A DNA stretch of 64,000 nt, from contig JAZDJN010000061.1 of assembly GCA_043803945.1 (NCBI GenBank), positions 1 to 64,000 of the forward strand, in the 5' to 3' direction. Origin of the DNA: a bacterium. Lineage in GTDB: Bacteria; Bacteroidota; Ignavibacteria; UBA10030. A program made the translations under genes and the position numbers. The notes beneath the pieces are model-generated. The model was not told the origin of the DNA and did no database searches. It saw only the letters and a program-made list of their open reading frames with translations. How positions within the stretch are numbered: position 1 is the stretch's first letter; each line of letters starts with the position of its first letter. Of this stretch, positions 1-9,766 are shown piece after piece.

Positions 1-1055
1 CAATGTAAATGACGAACCATTGGTTTGAATGATACCGCTCGCATTGTTCGTTAATGATCCATTAACCTGTGCGACTACCGTACTACCTGACTTGTTTTGC
101 AATACTCCACTCGCCTCTACAATCAATGCTCCCTCAAACACGATATCCGGATCTGCACTAATATCGACGATATTCTTCACTCCAGAAGTAATCTTGATCG
201 TTGATACTTTGTACGTTCCCCTGATGTCCTGCGTATTGCCAAACACCATTGTTCCCAAACCTTCTACTCTCCCTGTCGATGACGTCGTTGAATATTGTGT
301 CGTTGTTAAGACTGTCCCGGTTCCTACTCCCAGGCTTCCTCCATCCTGGACAACGAGATAATTGAGCGTCACATTTCCAGTTATCGATCGACCTGTTCCG
401 GCGATAGAGGAATAACCTCCGTAAGCACTCGATCCCTCTATGGTTCCAGTTCCCATAAAATTGGTTGCTGCATTTGTCCACGTACCATTGTTGGTTGTAT
501 TCCCATTCGCATTCAAGGTAAACGTTGAACCATTATTCTGGATTATACCGTCTATATTGTTTACTAATGGTCCGTTCATCTGCATCAAAACTGTACTGCC
601 TGATTTGTTTTGTAATACTCCACTCGCCTCCACCGTCAATGTACCTTCAAACAAGATGTCCGGATCTGATCCTATATCAGGGATACTCTTCGCTCCTGTG
701 GCGATCTTTATCGTCGTTACTTTGTATGTTCCTCTAATGTCCTGCGTTGCGCCGAACACCATTGTTCCGGAGCCTTCTACTTTCCCTGTCGATGACGTCG
801 AAGAATATTCTGCCGTCGTTAAGGTTGTTCCCGATCCTACTCCCAGAATTCCGCCATCCGAAACGGTCATAGTATTTATTGTCACACTCCCAGCGATTGA
901 TCGCCCTGTCCCTGCGATATTACACGCACCTCCATAAGCACTCGGTCCTCCTATGGTTCCGGTTCCCGCAAAATTTGTTACCGCATTGACCCACGTACCG
1001 TTGTTGGTTGTATTTCCATTCACATTCAGAGTAAACGTTGCACCATTGTTCTGGA
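1..1055 (-). repeat. Intragenic tandem repeat, period 513 nt (171 aa), at least 2 copies
   Basis: aatactccactcgcctc starts at 101 and 614; taagcactc at 422 and 935. Protein blocks TFTLNxNGNTTNNGTW, TMVFGxTQDIRGTYKV and EASGVLQNKSGSTV recur. Confidence 0.9.
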
Positions 1056-1428
1056 CCGTTCCATTGTTCTCAAAGGTATTTTGTACAATGAGTGTATAAG
1101 ACGCACCTGAACTATTTTGGACGAATCCTCCTGATTGAATAAGGATGCTACTGCAATTTGAATTGGCATCAACGGTAATAGTATGCCCATTTTGAATTGT
1201 CACCACACCATCGCTCGAGGTGGGAACTGCCACTGCTGCAACCCAATTTGAGCCATCATAACGTTCCCAAGTACTTGCAGCACTCCAGGCCCCGCTCTGC
1301 TTCGAACGGTAATCAGTAACGACACGTGCGAATGCCTGAAGGGCAATCATCATCGCCAATACTGCGATCACCATGAGGCGGGTTAATTGTGTCGTGCCAA
1401 TACGATTAATTCGAAGGGCAGTTTTCAT
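1..1428 (-). CDS. Large secreted Gly/Thr/Ser/Asn-rich repeat protein (adhesin or T9SS-cargo-like), 5' part; runs off the window
   Basis: Manual translation from ATG 1428 (GGAG RBS upstream): MKTALRINRIGTTQLTRLMVIAVLAMMIALQAFA (signal peptide)-RVVTDYRSKQSGAWSAASTWERYDGSNW..., open to position 1. The + strand ORFs 29-361 and 440-937 are its antisense shadows. Confidence 0.85.
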   Translation of the reverse strand, partial: MKTALRINRIGTTQLTRLMVIAVLAMMIALQAFARVVTDYRSKQSGAWSAASTWERYDGSNWVAAVAVPTSSDGVVTIQNGHTITVDANSNCSSILIQSGGFVQNSSGASYTLIVQNTFENNGTVQNNGATFTLNVNGNTTNNGTWVNAVTNFAGTGTIGGPSAYGGACNIAGTGRSIAGSVTINTMTVSDGGILGVGSGTTLTTAEYSSTSSTGKVEGSGTMVFGATQDIRGTYKVTTIKIATGAKSIPDIGSDPDILFEGTLTVEASGVLQNKSGSTVLMQMNGPLVNNIDGIIQNNGSTFTLNANGNTTNNGTWTNAATNFMGTGTIEGSSAYGGYSSIAGTGRSITGNVTLNYLVVQDGGSLGVGTGTVLTTTQYSTTSSTGRVEGLGTMVFGNTQDIRGTYKVSTIKITSGVKNIVDISADPDIVFEGALIVEASGVLQNKSGSTVVAQVNGSLTNNASGIIQTNGSSFTL

Positions 1429-2090
1429 GGCAAGTACTCCATGCATCAATAGTGAAATGGAAGAATTCTCAAACTCAATAGAGGTTCTCTTGCTACTCAA
1501 GAGTTTCCCTTGGCAGTTATGTTAAAGCTATAAAATGGATTTTCGAGGATTGTCGCTGTCAACTTGATAGGATGCTATTATCAAATCAGCCACTCCGGTT
1601 TGTGGTTGAAGCACCAACTGACGGTAGTGTGAAATTCCCGCAGGTGCACTTAAGTCAGGGAGGAAATAATAAGTACATCTCCCCGTTCGAGTTATCAACG
1701 TTAACGTTTCGATTTCCCCATCCTGTCAGTTTCTAAATCTCTCTGAAATATAATCGTTGCACTGAAAAAATCGTGGAATTGGGGTGAGAATAGTACTAGA
1801 AATATCACAATGCTCCCCTTCGACCCAACGATGACCCGTAATCCCCCGGAAAATTAAAAATAATGAGTCGCGCCCGAAAATCTATCCCATTTTTAAAATG
1901 TGAAGATTTATGGGTAATGTTAGATATTCTTAAAGTGAATGTCAAGAACGGGGATCACACTCTCGGAAGATCAAGGAAGTAAGCCTACGCGGCGGAAGAA
2001 GTGATGGAACTGCTCATCCTAACTTCATTGATCCGGGTTTCTCATTAGCATTATTGAGAAGGATCGATATGGGATATAACGATTATCACG

Positions 2091-2984
2091 TTGGATTTCT
2101 CTGTTCTTCGTGGTATTTTCAACCAAGTTCTTTTTCCACCGTCATCGGATATAAGTGAATTGACTGCAAAAAGCTCTTACCATCGAATCCCTGTTAATTC
2201 AAAAGATCTTTCCACCTATTGGGATACCATTTTCAATCAGATTAGGCAGCATCCTTACTATGATACTATTCTAGGCTCCTATAAGGCAGCCTGTATGCTG
2301 GAATACCTGCACATAGTATTGCAGAACAAAACCGGCACACGAATGCTCAAGACCGACCTCTTTGAAGAGGCGATGGAAGTCGACCAAATCCTCCCCGGCC
2401 TGATTGACGGCAATACCTCAATCATCGGTATGGATATTTCTGACAGTGTCACTCGAAAGTCGGCTCAACGCTTTCAATCGCATTTCAATACAACATCATT
2501 CATGACAGCCGATACCCGATTTCTCCCATTCAAAGCGAATTCAATCGACACCATTCTTTCTCCCTCTACGCTCGATCATTTTGATGATCTTCAGTCATTT
2601 GAATCAAGCATAGCAGAATCGGCAAGAGTTCTGCGAAATTCGGGAACATTCATCCTCATTTTGGATAATCCCAGGTATCTCTTCAGAACACTTCTGAAGC
2701 TTAAATCGACGCTCCAGATCACTCCCGCTTTCATCGGAAAAACATATCCGTTATCAGAGCTTCACAGGATTCTCAGTAAATACCAACTGCGAAGTCTCTC
2801 ATCGGCCTATCTCATGCATACGCCGGTGAATACCATTCCCCGATTGTTCCGAATGATGAACACTTTTTTCGGAAGCAGGATGCTGACACTCTATCGACGA
2901 ATCGATCATTTCTCGCAACGAGCCTGGTGGAAATCATTCACCGGTTCCTATCTGGCACTCACAGCGAAAAAGGAAGTTCGGTGA
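2091..2984 (+). CDS. Class I SAM-dependent methyltransferase (start uncertain)
   Basis: IIGMDIS, ADTRFLPFKANSIDTILS, LDHF and ARVLRNSGTFILILDNP are Methyltransf_11-type motifs. Confidence 0.8.
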   Translation: MDFSVLRGIFNQVLFPPSSDISELTAKSSYHRIPVNSKDLSTYWDTIFNQIRQHPYYDTILGSYKAACMLEYLHIVLQNKTGTRMLKTDLFEEAMEVDQILPGLIDGNTSIIGMDISDSVTRKSAQRFQSHFNTTSFMTADTRFLPFKANSIDTILSPSTLDHFDDLQSFESSIAESARVLRNSGTFILILDNPRYLFRTLLKLKSTLQITPAFIGKTYPLSELHRILSKYQLRSLSSAYLMHTPVNTIPRLFRMMNTFFGSRMLTLYRRIDHFSQRAWWKSFTGSYLALTAKKEVR

Positions 2985-4228
2985 CAAAAACTCCTTTCCA
3001 TCAGGCAGAACTAAGTATTGGCACTCACACATTCTACGATCAACAGGGTGCGCTCCTTTGCTATCTTGTGATCGACACCATTATCGACGGACGCTGCTGT
3101 GGAGGCCTCCGGATGGCTGAAGATCTCACAGCAGAGGAGCTTCAAGCGCTAGCCAAAATGATGACGGCAAAATATGCCTATCTTGGAATTCGGCTCGGTG
3201 GCGCAAAAGCAGGAATCATCGGCGATCCCGATGGTGACCCCCAACAAAAAGATGTACTTCTTCAAAAAACCGGAATCGCCCTTGCCCCTCACCTCCGAAG
3301 CGGCCGCTACATTACAGGGCTTGACATTGGTACGAAAGCCGATAATCTCAAGGTACTCCTCTCTTCTGCAGGAGTAGACAGTGATCGCGAATTCTCTTTG
3401 AACGATCGTTCAGGAAGTGCAACAGCGTTATCAGTTTTTTCTTCTCTAAGAACTGCATGTCAGCTTCAAGGAATCGATCTGAACAGTGTTTCCGCGGCGA
3501 TTGAAGGATATGGAAAGGTCGGTTCGGAAATGGCTCACCTAATCTCCGATGCAGGCGGCCATGTCGTGGCGATCTCCACAAGCCGCGGTGGAGTGTACAA
3601 TGCAAGAGGCCTTGATATTACTGTACTGAACTCTCTCCGAAAGCGTTACCAGAATAATTGTGTGAATCATTATCAACCGGCCGAGCAATTACCGAGCACA
3701 AATCTGGCATCGATTCCATGCGATGTGTACGTCCCGTGCGGCCGATTATTCAGCATAACGAATGCCACAATCGCGTCACTCTCTGCCCGAATCGTCTGCG
3801 GTGGTTCCAATTTACAGGTGAGCGAGGGACTCGAGGAGGAATTACACCGCCGCGCAATTTTCTATGTCCCTCCCTACATCGCAAATTGCGGAGCAGTACT
3901 CTGGGGAGTCTGTAAGAAATTCGATTTGAGTTTTGATTTCTTTATTCACTTTCTCGATTCTCGTCTTCAACCTATTTCAAAACAACTATTCAAGAAATCA
4001 CTTCTCAGCGGCAAATCACCGTCCGAGTTGGGGAACAGGATCGTGCGGCAGCAATTAACTGCAATGACCGGGGATGGGCCTCAGTCCGAGTACAGATTGC
4101 TCTTCAAGCAATTCGGTCGATGGGCGAATGGACGGGGCTTGGTGCCGCGAGGCATCAAACGGATTATAGGAAAACAACAACTGGAGTCTTCGATGAACGG
4201 ACTCTCATCTCTTCTGGAGTTATTGTAA
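2981..4228 (+). CDS. Glu/Leu/Phe/Val dehydrogenase family protein
   Basis: GGLRM, MTAKYA, GGAKAG (catalytic Lys), LDIGT, AIEGYGKVG (GxGxxG), ANCGAV. Likely GTG start at 2981 overlaps the upstream stop (GTGA). Confidence 0.85.
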   Translation: MTKTPFHQAELSIGTHTFYDQQGALLCYLVIDTIIDGRCCGGLRMAEDLTAEELQALAKMMTAKYAYLGIRLGGAKAGIIGDPDGDPQQKDVLLQKTGIALAPHLRSGRYITGLDIGTKADNLKVLLSSAGVDSDREFSLNDRSGSATALSVFSSLRTACQLQGIDLNSVSAAIEGYGKVGSEMAHLISDAGGHVVAISTSRGGVYNARGLDITVLNSLRKRYQNNCVNHYQPAEQLPSTNLASIPCDVYVPCGRLFSITNATIASLSARIVCGGSNLQVSEGLEEELHRRAIFYVPPYIANCGAVLWGVCKKFDLSFDFFIHFLDSRLQPISKQLFKKSLLSGKSPSELGNRIVRQQLTAMTGDGPQSEYRLLFKQFGRWANGRGLVPRGIKRIIGKQQLESSMNGLSSLLELL

Positions 4229-4315
4229 TTGGGAAGAGGAATAGGATTAGTTGTACAGTTGGAGAATCATTTTTTGAAATTCATGATCTTATGATTACGA
4301 ACATCTTGGACTTGT

Positions 4316-5206
4316 ATGCCCCGGTGCAGCGTTATCATCCCATCATATAATGGAGCGGCGACAATCCGGATGTGCCTCGAGTCAATTGTTCCTCAGGCAC
4401 AAGCGGCGGATGCGGAGATCATCGTGATCGATAGTTCAACCGATGGCACGTACGAAATTGTGAAGTCCGAATTTCCCACGGTTCGCCTGTTTCATTTCCC
4501 GACGCGGATGTACCCCGATGAGGCGCGGACGTTTGCTATCGCCCAGACATCTGCAGATATCATTGCGTTTACCGATGCTGATTGTACTGTGAATCCGGAA
4601 TGGCTCAACGAAAAAATTCGCCTTCACGATGAGGGGCATGAGATTGTCTTTGGCGCTATTCGCTGTCACCCGCAGTGTAACTTGATTGGCTGGGGCTATT
4701 ATTTTGTCGAATTCTCATTTTTTCTCAGATATTTGGCTCCCGGTTACGTGAAGTCTACGAGCAATTGTAATCTCTCGCTGAAGAGATCTCTCTTTTCGCT
4801 CGTTCAATACCGGCAGGAAAAACTGATGTCACTGGATGCTCAACTGATTCGCGACTTTCATACTCGAGGTAAACGCCCTTACTATGATCCATCGCACACT
4901 GTTTATCATTACTATATCGGTTCTTTAGCAAGAATGCTGCAGCACTTCTTCCATCTAGCGTATGACTGTGTCCTCATCGATTACCAGTTTGGTACGGTTA
5001 GGAAAGGACGGAGGATCTTCTACCTTATCGGTTGGCCGCTGCTTCCAATGTTGAAGATCGCTTTCGTGTTCCCGGTACTTATTAAAAGTAAACGCGAGTA
5101 TCTTGGCAAATTTTTCCTCTGCCTTCCCTACACCCTGGCAGGTTCAGCCGCCTGGGTCAGCGGGGCATGCTGGGCTCACCTTGCTATGATTTGGAGGGGG
5201 AAATAA
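4316..5206 (+). CDS. Glycosyltransferase family 2
   Basis: SVIIPSYN, IVIDSSTDGT, FTDADC (DxD); hydrophobic C-terminus. Confidence 0.9.
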   Translation: MPRCSVIIPSYNGAATIRMCLESIVPQAQAADAEIIVIDSSTDGTYEIVKSEFPTVRLFHFPTRMYPDEARTFAIAQTSADIIAFTDADCTVNPEWLNEKIRLHDEGHEIVFGAIRCHPQCNLIGWGYYFVEFSFFLRYLAPGYVKSTSNCNLSLKRSLFSLVQYRQEKLMSLDAQLIRDFHTRGKRPYYDPSHTVYHYYIGSLARMLQHFFHLAYDCVLIDYQFGTVRKGRRIFYLIGWPLLPMLKIAFVFPVLIKSKREYLGKFFLCLPYTLAGSAAWVSGACWAHLAMIWRGK

Positions 5207-5210
5207 ATCC

Positions 5211-7451
5211 ATGCCTCACATGAGGGAAATACTCTTCTCAATCATCGTACCGACATTTAATCGCATCGAGCAGTTGAAAGAATGCCTCCACGCCCTGCTT
5301 CATCAAACGCTTCCCGCTTCACAGTACGAGATTATCATTGTCAATGACGGCAGCAATGATGGAACCGGAGAGTATCTCCGCTCGCTCTCCCTTGAGAAAA
5401 ATATTCGAACCATTGAGATTCCCAATTCCGGGCCCACGATAGCGAAGAACCGAGGCGCTGAACTCGCACGCGGGACAATCCTTGCGTTCACAGATGACGA
5501 TTGTCTTGTCCCTCCTGACTGGTTGGAAAGAATCGAGCAGTTCTTCGCAACAGAACATCCACAGGCATTAGGGGGCAGAGCAGCGCAACGCACATCGGGA
5601 AGCGCGATTGCACACACTTATTTTTTGATGAATGATTTTTTCTATCAGGATTCGAACCGGGAAGAGGGAAAAGCACGATTTCTCACCACCAATAATTTTG
5701 GATGTTTGCGAAACGATTTTCAAGAGGCTAAAGGTTTCGACGATCGTTTTTACCATGGGGGCGAGGACCGTGAATTTACTGCCCGCCTGATTGCGCTGGG
5801 GAAAAAAGTAGTTTTTACGCCATCATTAATTATCCAACACGACCATCCATTTTCCCTGCTCTCCTACTGCAGGCATCTCTTCATGCAGGGCAAAGGGTCA
5901 TATCTCTTTTATCAAGTTTCGCGTCACGAACATCGTTATGCACCACCTGCTCCTTCGTTCTCACTGTATTTCAAGCTGCTGTCGCATGTCTGGAAGTACA
6001 GCCGAGGTATTGAAGCGTTGATCGTTCTACTCTTAACGCTCATGGGCCAAGCCGCTGCATTTCTTGGCTATCTTACAGCCAGGTGGGATCGCGTCACAAC
6101 TCTCCTAAAGGATTCTGCATCCGGAAAAGCCGGGGTTCAAAGTGAGCGGGGAAGTTCAATAGGGATGCTTTCCTTTCTGGGCGGAACAGTTGTCAGTTCA
6201 TTTTTTGGGTTTCTCACTTTTATTATCATCGCAAATGCCCTGTCGCTTGCCGATTACGGTATCTTCATGCTGGCATTCTCCATTGAATCTATCTGTTCGT
6301 CTCTGGCAAGGATGGGTTTATCAACCAGCACAACCCGCTATGCCGCAGAATATTCCAAAGAAGGCCATGATCATCTGGCTGCTACTGTGATTAAAAGCGG
6401 ATTTGTCCTTCAAAGCTTCATCATCCTTATTATCGCCTCACTTTTAATTGGCATCTATATACTCATCGATATCACCGCATACTACCCCTCGATGACTCCA
6501 GGCCTGTTCGTTTGCATTATCGCGGCTATGACAGTGAATTCGATTTTCGATAACCTCACAACAATCTTTTTTGTCTATCTGCGGTTCAACCATCTTGCAC
6601 TGCTCAGGATGACCGTCTCCGTGACGCGTGTGCTGCTCGTCTTCCTCTATTCTTTGATCTTCACTCCCACACCCGTCATGCTCTTTTTCTTATTCATGCT
6701 TCCGGCAGTGCTCGGTGTCGGTATTGGGCTCGTGGTGCTGCTCCGGCAAATTCGAGGCCGGGGATCCGTTCAGGTTTCTTTCTTTTCCCGGCTTTTGAAG
6801 TACGGCGGCTGGCAATCGATTACACACTTCACCACGCAGCTAACCACTCAATCGGGAATTTTCCTTCTCACGCTTCGTTCTACTCCGACAGAAGCCGGCA
6901 TTTACGGTATCGGATTGACGATGAGTTTTATATTCGGCGTCATTGTGAGCACACTCCTTTCCTATTTCATGCCAATCGGTATGCGCATTCAACACGATGA
7001 AGAAATCCGGGGTTTCATTGTCAGAACACTTCGGCTGGCAGCGCCATTGGCTCTGTTCAGTGGGATTGCCTTATTCCTCTCCGAACCATTTATTCGACTC
7101 TTTTTTGGAGAAGCCCGAACTCTTGCCGTGCCAGTCTTTATCCTGCTCTCATTGTCCAACATCATGCAAATATTTCTTCTGCCGATCACGGTGTTGTTTC
7201 ACTACTTTTTTAAGCCTGGAACAATTTCAATCATCACCGTCAGCAGGGTGTTGCTCTTTATGCTCTTCGGATTCTTCCTTGCGATCTATGGAGCGACGAG
7301 TGTTGCCCTCGTCTATGCCCTGGTCCATGTTTTCGCAGGCATCGTCTTGACGGTTTTCCTGTATCGAGAATTCAAAAAACGATCTCTGAAGTTCGATTCG
7401 TTTCGTTGGTTCTTCTCTGCAACGACCACACAGTCCCGGATGAAACAATAA
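5211..7451 (+). CDS. GT2 glycosyltransferase fused to a Wzx/polysaccharide-export flippase-like domain
   Basis: N-terminal SIIVPTFN, VNDGSNDGT, FTDDDC, GGEDREF; C-terminal ~430 aa polytopic region with LSLADYGIF and EAGIYG, typical of Wzx (MOP family). Confidence 0.8.
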   Translation: MPHMREILFSIIVPTFNRIEQLKECLHALLHQTLPASQYEIIIVNDGSNDGTGEYLRSLSLEKNIRTIEIPNSGPTIAKNRGAELARGTILAFTDDDCLVPPDWLERIEQFFATEHPQALGGRAAQRTSGSAIAHTYFLMNDFFYQDSNREEGKARFLTTNNFGCLRNDFQEAKGFDDRFYHGGEDREFTARLIALGKKVVFTPSLIIQHDHPFSLLSYCRHLFMQGKGSYLFYQVSRHEHRYAPPAPSFSLYFKLLSHVWKYSRGIEALIVLLLTLMGQAAAFLGYLTARWDRVTTLLKDSASGKAGVQSERGSSIGMLSFLGGTVVSSFFGFLTFIIIANALSLADYGIFMLAFSIESICSSLARMGLSTSTTRYAAEYSKEGHDHLAATVIKSGFVLQSFIILIIASLLIGIYILIDITAYYPSMTPGLFVCIIAAMTVNSIFDNLTTIFFVYLRFNHLALLRMTVSVTRVLLVFLYSLIFTPTPVMLFFLFMLPAVLGVGIGLVVLLRQIRGRGSVQVSFFSRLLKYGGWQSITHFTTQLTTQSGIFLLTLRSTPTEAGIYGIGLTMSFIFGVIVSTLLSYFMPIGMRIQHDEEIRGFIVRTLRLAAPLALFSGIALFLSEPFIRLFFGEARTLAVPVFILLSLSNIMQIFLLPITVLFHYFFKPGTISIITVSRVLLFMLFGFFLAIYGATSVALVYALVHVFAGIVLTVFLYREFKKRSLKFDSFRWFFSATTTQSRMKQ

Positions 7452-7452
7452 T

Positions 7453-8595
7453 GTGACCACGAGGATGCCTCAACGAATTCTCCATATCAACCTTACAACC
7501 ACAGCACTCTTGCATTACAGTGTGCACTTCGCGAGGGCACTGCATAATACACTGCCTGAGGGTGCTCTCTCAATCCTCGAGCAGCGAGCTTCGGAATCGC
7601 AGCTCCTCACCAAGACCTTGCACCAGATCCCTGTTCATTATCTGCCGTTCCGAACCTTGAAGGATAAACTTCATACTCTGCGAAGGGTTGTTGACATCGC
7701 CCGGAATTATCACCCCGATATTATTCACTTCACCGATGGGTTTGAACGGCCGCTATATGGTTTTTACCTCTTTCCGATGCTTTCACGATTGGCTCCAATT
7801 GTCGCTACAGTCCATGACCCAGTACCGCATTCAGGTGTAAAACTCTCTATCATAGACAGGTTCGCTGCCAGGATGGCTGAGACCCATTGTTCTCAATTCA
7901 TTGTTCACGGGCCGGAATGTAAGAAACAGGCACTGAAACGCGGTCTGCCTGCACAGAAAATCAGTGTCATCCGGCATGGGATTTTAGATTTACTAACAAC
8001 TCCAAACGGATCAACCATTACGAGAGAACCTGAGACGATTCTTTACTTCGGGCGATTTCAACCAAACAAAGGGGCCGATCTCCTGCCGGAGATAAGTGAG
8101 AAAGTGCACTCTGTTTTTCCTAATGCTAGGTTCATTGTAGCAGGAGAGATTTCAGGGCTGCTCAGGGGAAAGGCGTCACAACATTGGATACAATCGTTCA
8201 GGATAATGCTCGCATCGATGAAGCACTCCAGGTATTTTGAAGTTCATGATCGATATATTCGTGATGAAGAGGTTGAACAGTTCTTTCACCGGGCTTCCAT
8301 CGTTCTCCTTCCGTACCGCGATGCTTCACAAAGCGGAGTTGCTTCATTGGCGATGGCCTATGGTAATGCCATTGTGGCAACCCGGGTTGGTGATCTCCCG
8401 GAGATTATTGAGCAGAATGTCACTGGATTGCTTTGTGACCCAACACCGACTGACCTCTCTGCGGGGATTTGTCAACTCCTCAGCCGGCCGGAAGATATTG
8501 TACGACTCGGCAATGCTGCACAAGATTTTATCCATCGAGAATGCAACTGGCATAAGATTATGGAGCAAACAGTAACAATGTATAATACACTTTAA
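7453..8595 (+). CDS. Glycosyltransferase family 4 (GT-B)
   Basis: TVHDPVPHSG, YFGRFQPNKG, LPYRDASQSGV, ATRVGDLPEII. Confidence 0.9.
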   Translation: MTTRMPQRILHINLTTTALLHYSVHFARALHNTLPEGALSILEQRASESQLLTKTLHQIPVHYLPFRTLKDKLHTLRRVVDIARNYHPDIIHFTDGFERPLYGFYLFPMLSRLAPIVATVHDPVPHSGVKLSIIDRFAARMAETHCSQFIVHGPECKKQALKRGLPAQKISVIRHGILDLLTTPNGSTITREPETILYFGRFQPNKGADLLPEISEKVHSVFPNARFIVAGEISGLLRGKASQHWIQSFRIMLASMKHSRYFEVHDRYIRDEEVEQFFHRASIVLLPYRDASQSGVASLAMAYGNAIVATRVGDLPEIIEQNVTGLLCDPTPTDLSAGICQLLSRPEDIVRLGNAAQDFIHRECNWHKIMEQTVTMYNTL

Positions 8596-8602
8596 GAGAA
8601 CA

Positions 8603-9766
8603 ATGGCTAATCCCTCTCCACGGCGGCTCATCTATCTCTCCTCAGCAGGCGATCGGGCAGGAGGCGAGATTAATTTGCAGCGAGTTTTACAGCACCTTGA
8701 TACAAGCAAGTATCAGCCGCTCGTTCTCTGCTGTCAGGAGGGAAGCTATGCACCTGCACTTCAACAGGCCGGTATTAATGTGATGACGATTCCATTTATT
8801 CTCTCCCGAAGTGCAATGCTGAATCCTTCTCTGCTGCTTCACAACATAACATCGTTACAAGAGGTATACAAAATCCTCTCTCGCCCCGAGCTTGATCTCA
8901 TCGTGATAAACGATAACTTGGTACTCAAGCTGCTTCTTCCGGTCTTGCTGCTCTGCCCAAAGCCGATGCTGTATATGATCAGGAATTACGAATCAAAGCG
9001 GCTCTGGATGATCGACCTTCTCTTCAGAACCCGCATAAAAAAAGCGATAGCGGTTTCCCATTCCGTGAAAACCTATTTCGATGAGACATTACGATTACCG
9101 CCGGAACTTATTACAGCGATCAATACGGGGATCGATACGTCTGTCTTGAACATTCAGAAGAGAGTCGATATCAGAGCAGAACTGGGCATACCGCACCACG
9201 CCCGACTCGTCGGTATGTTTGCTCGTTTTGATGCCTGGAAAGGGCATCAGGTTTTTCTCCGTGCAGCAAAGCGAATCCTTCAAAATCTTCCCAATATCCA
9301 TTTTCTCATCGCCGGTGAATCACGTAATGCCACTCTTTTCCCACGGTTTTCCCTCGTGAAACATGAGGTTATTCAAACGACACAGCAACCTGCTTTGAAG
9401 GAAAATGTTCATATATTACCATGGAGAGAGGATGTTGCAGCAATTATGAAGGAAATCGATATCGTTGTGTGTCCCTCTGAACGTGAACCATTTGGATTAA
9501 CCATCATTGAAGGATTGGCGATCGGAACAGCAGTGATAGCGGCAGACAGCGGTGGGGCCCCTGAGGCTATCCGCCACCTTTCGAATGGGATTCTCTTTAA
9601 GACCAATGACGATGAGGATCTTGCGTCATGGATCGTTCGGCTTCTGCAAGATGACCTTCTCCGGCGGCAGCTCATTGCTCAGGCCCGCATTGATATAGAT
9701 ACCAGATTCAATTTCAAGAGATTTGTTCAGACAATCGAAGCAACGTACGAAGGGATTCTTCAGTGA
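8603..9766 (+). CDS. Glycosyltransferase family 4 (GT-B)
   Basis: AGGE, ARFDAWKG, PSEREPFGLTIIEG (EX7E), DSGGAPE. Confidence 0.9.
   Translation: MANPSPRRLIYLSSAGDRAGGEINLQRVLQHLDTSKYQPLVLCCQEGSYAPALQQAGINVMTIPFILSRSAMLNPSLLLHNITSLQEVYKILSRPELDLIVINDNLVLKLLLPVLLLCPKPMLYMIRNYESKRLWMIDLLFRTRIKKAIAVSHSVKTYFDETLRLPPELITAINTGIDTSVLNIQKRVDIRAELGIPHHARLVGMFARFDAWKGHQVFLRAAKRILQNLPNIHFLIAGESRNATLFPRFSLVKHEVIQTTQQPALKENVHILPWREDVAAIMKEIDIVVCPSEREPFGLTIIEGLAIGTAVIAADSGGAPEAIRHLSNGILFKTNDDEDLASWIVRLLQDDLLRRQLIAQARIDIDTRFNFKRFVQTIEATYEGILQ

Noticed and set aside
1429-2090. Possible riboswitch or ncRNA in the long divergent intergenic region
   Set aside because: Only short hairpins (about 1564-1608); no recognisable c-di-GMP, c-di-AMP or other aptamer consensus. 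An Rfam cmscan would settle it.
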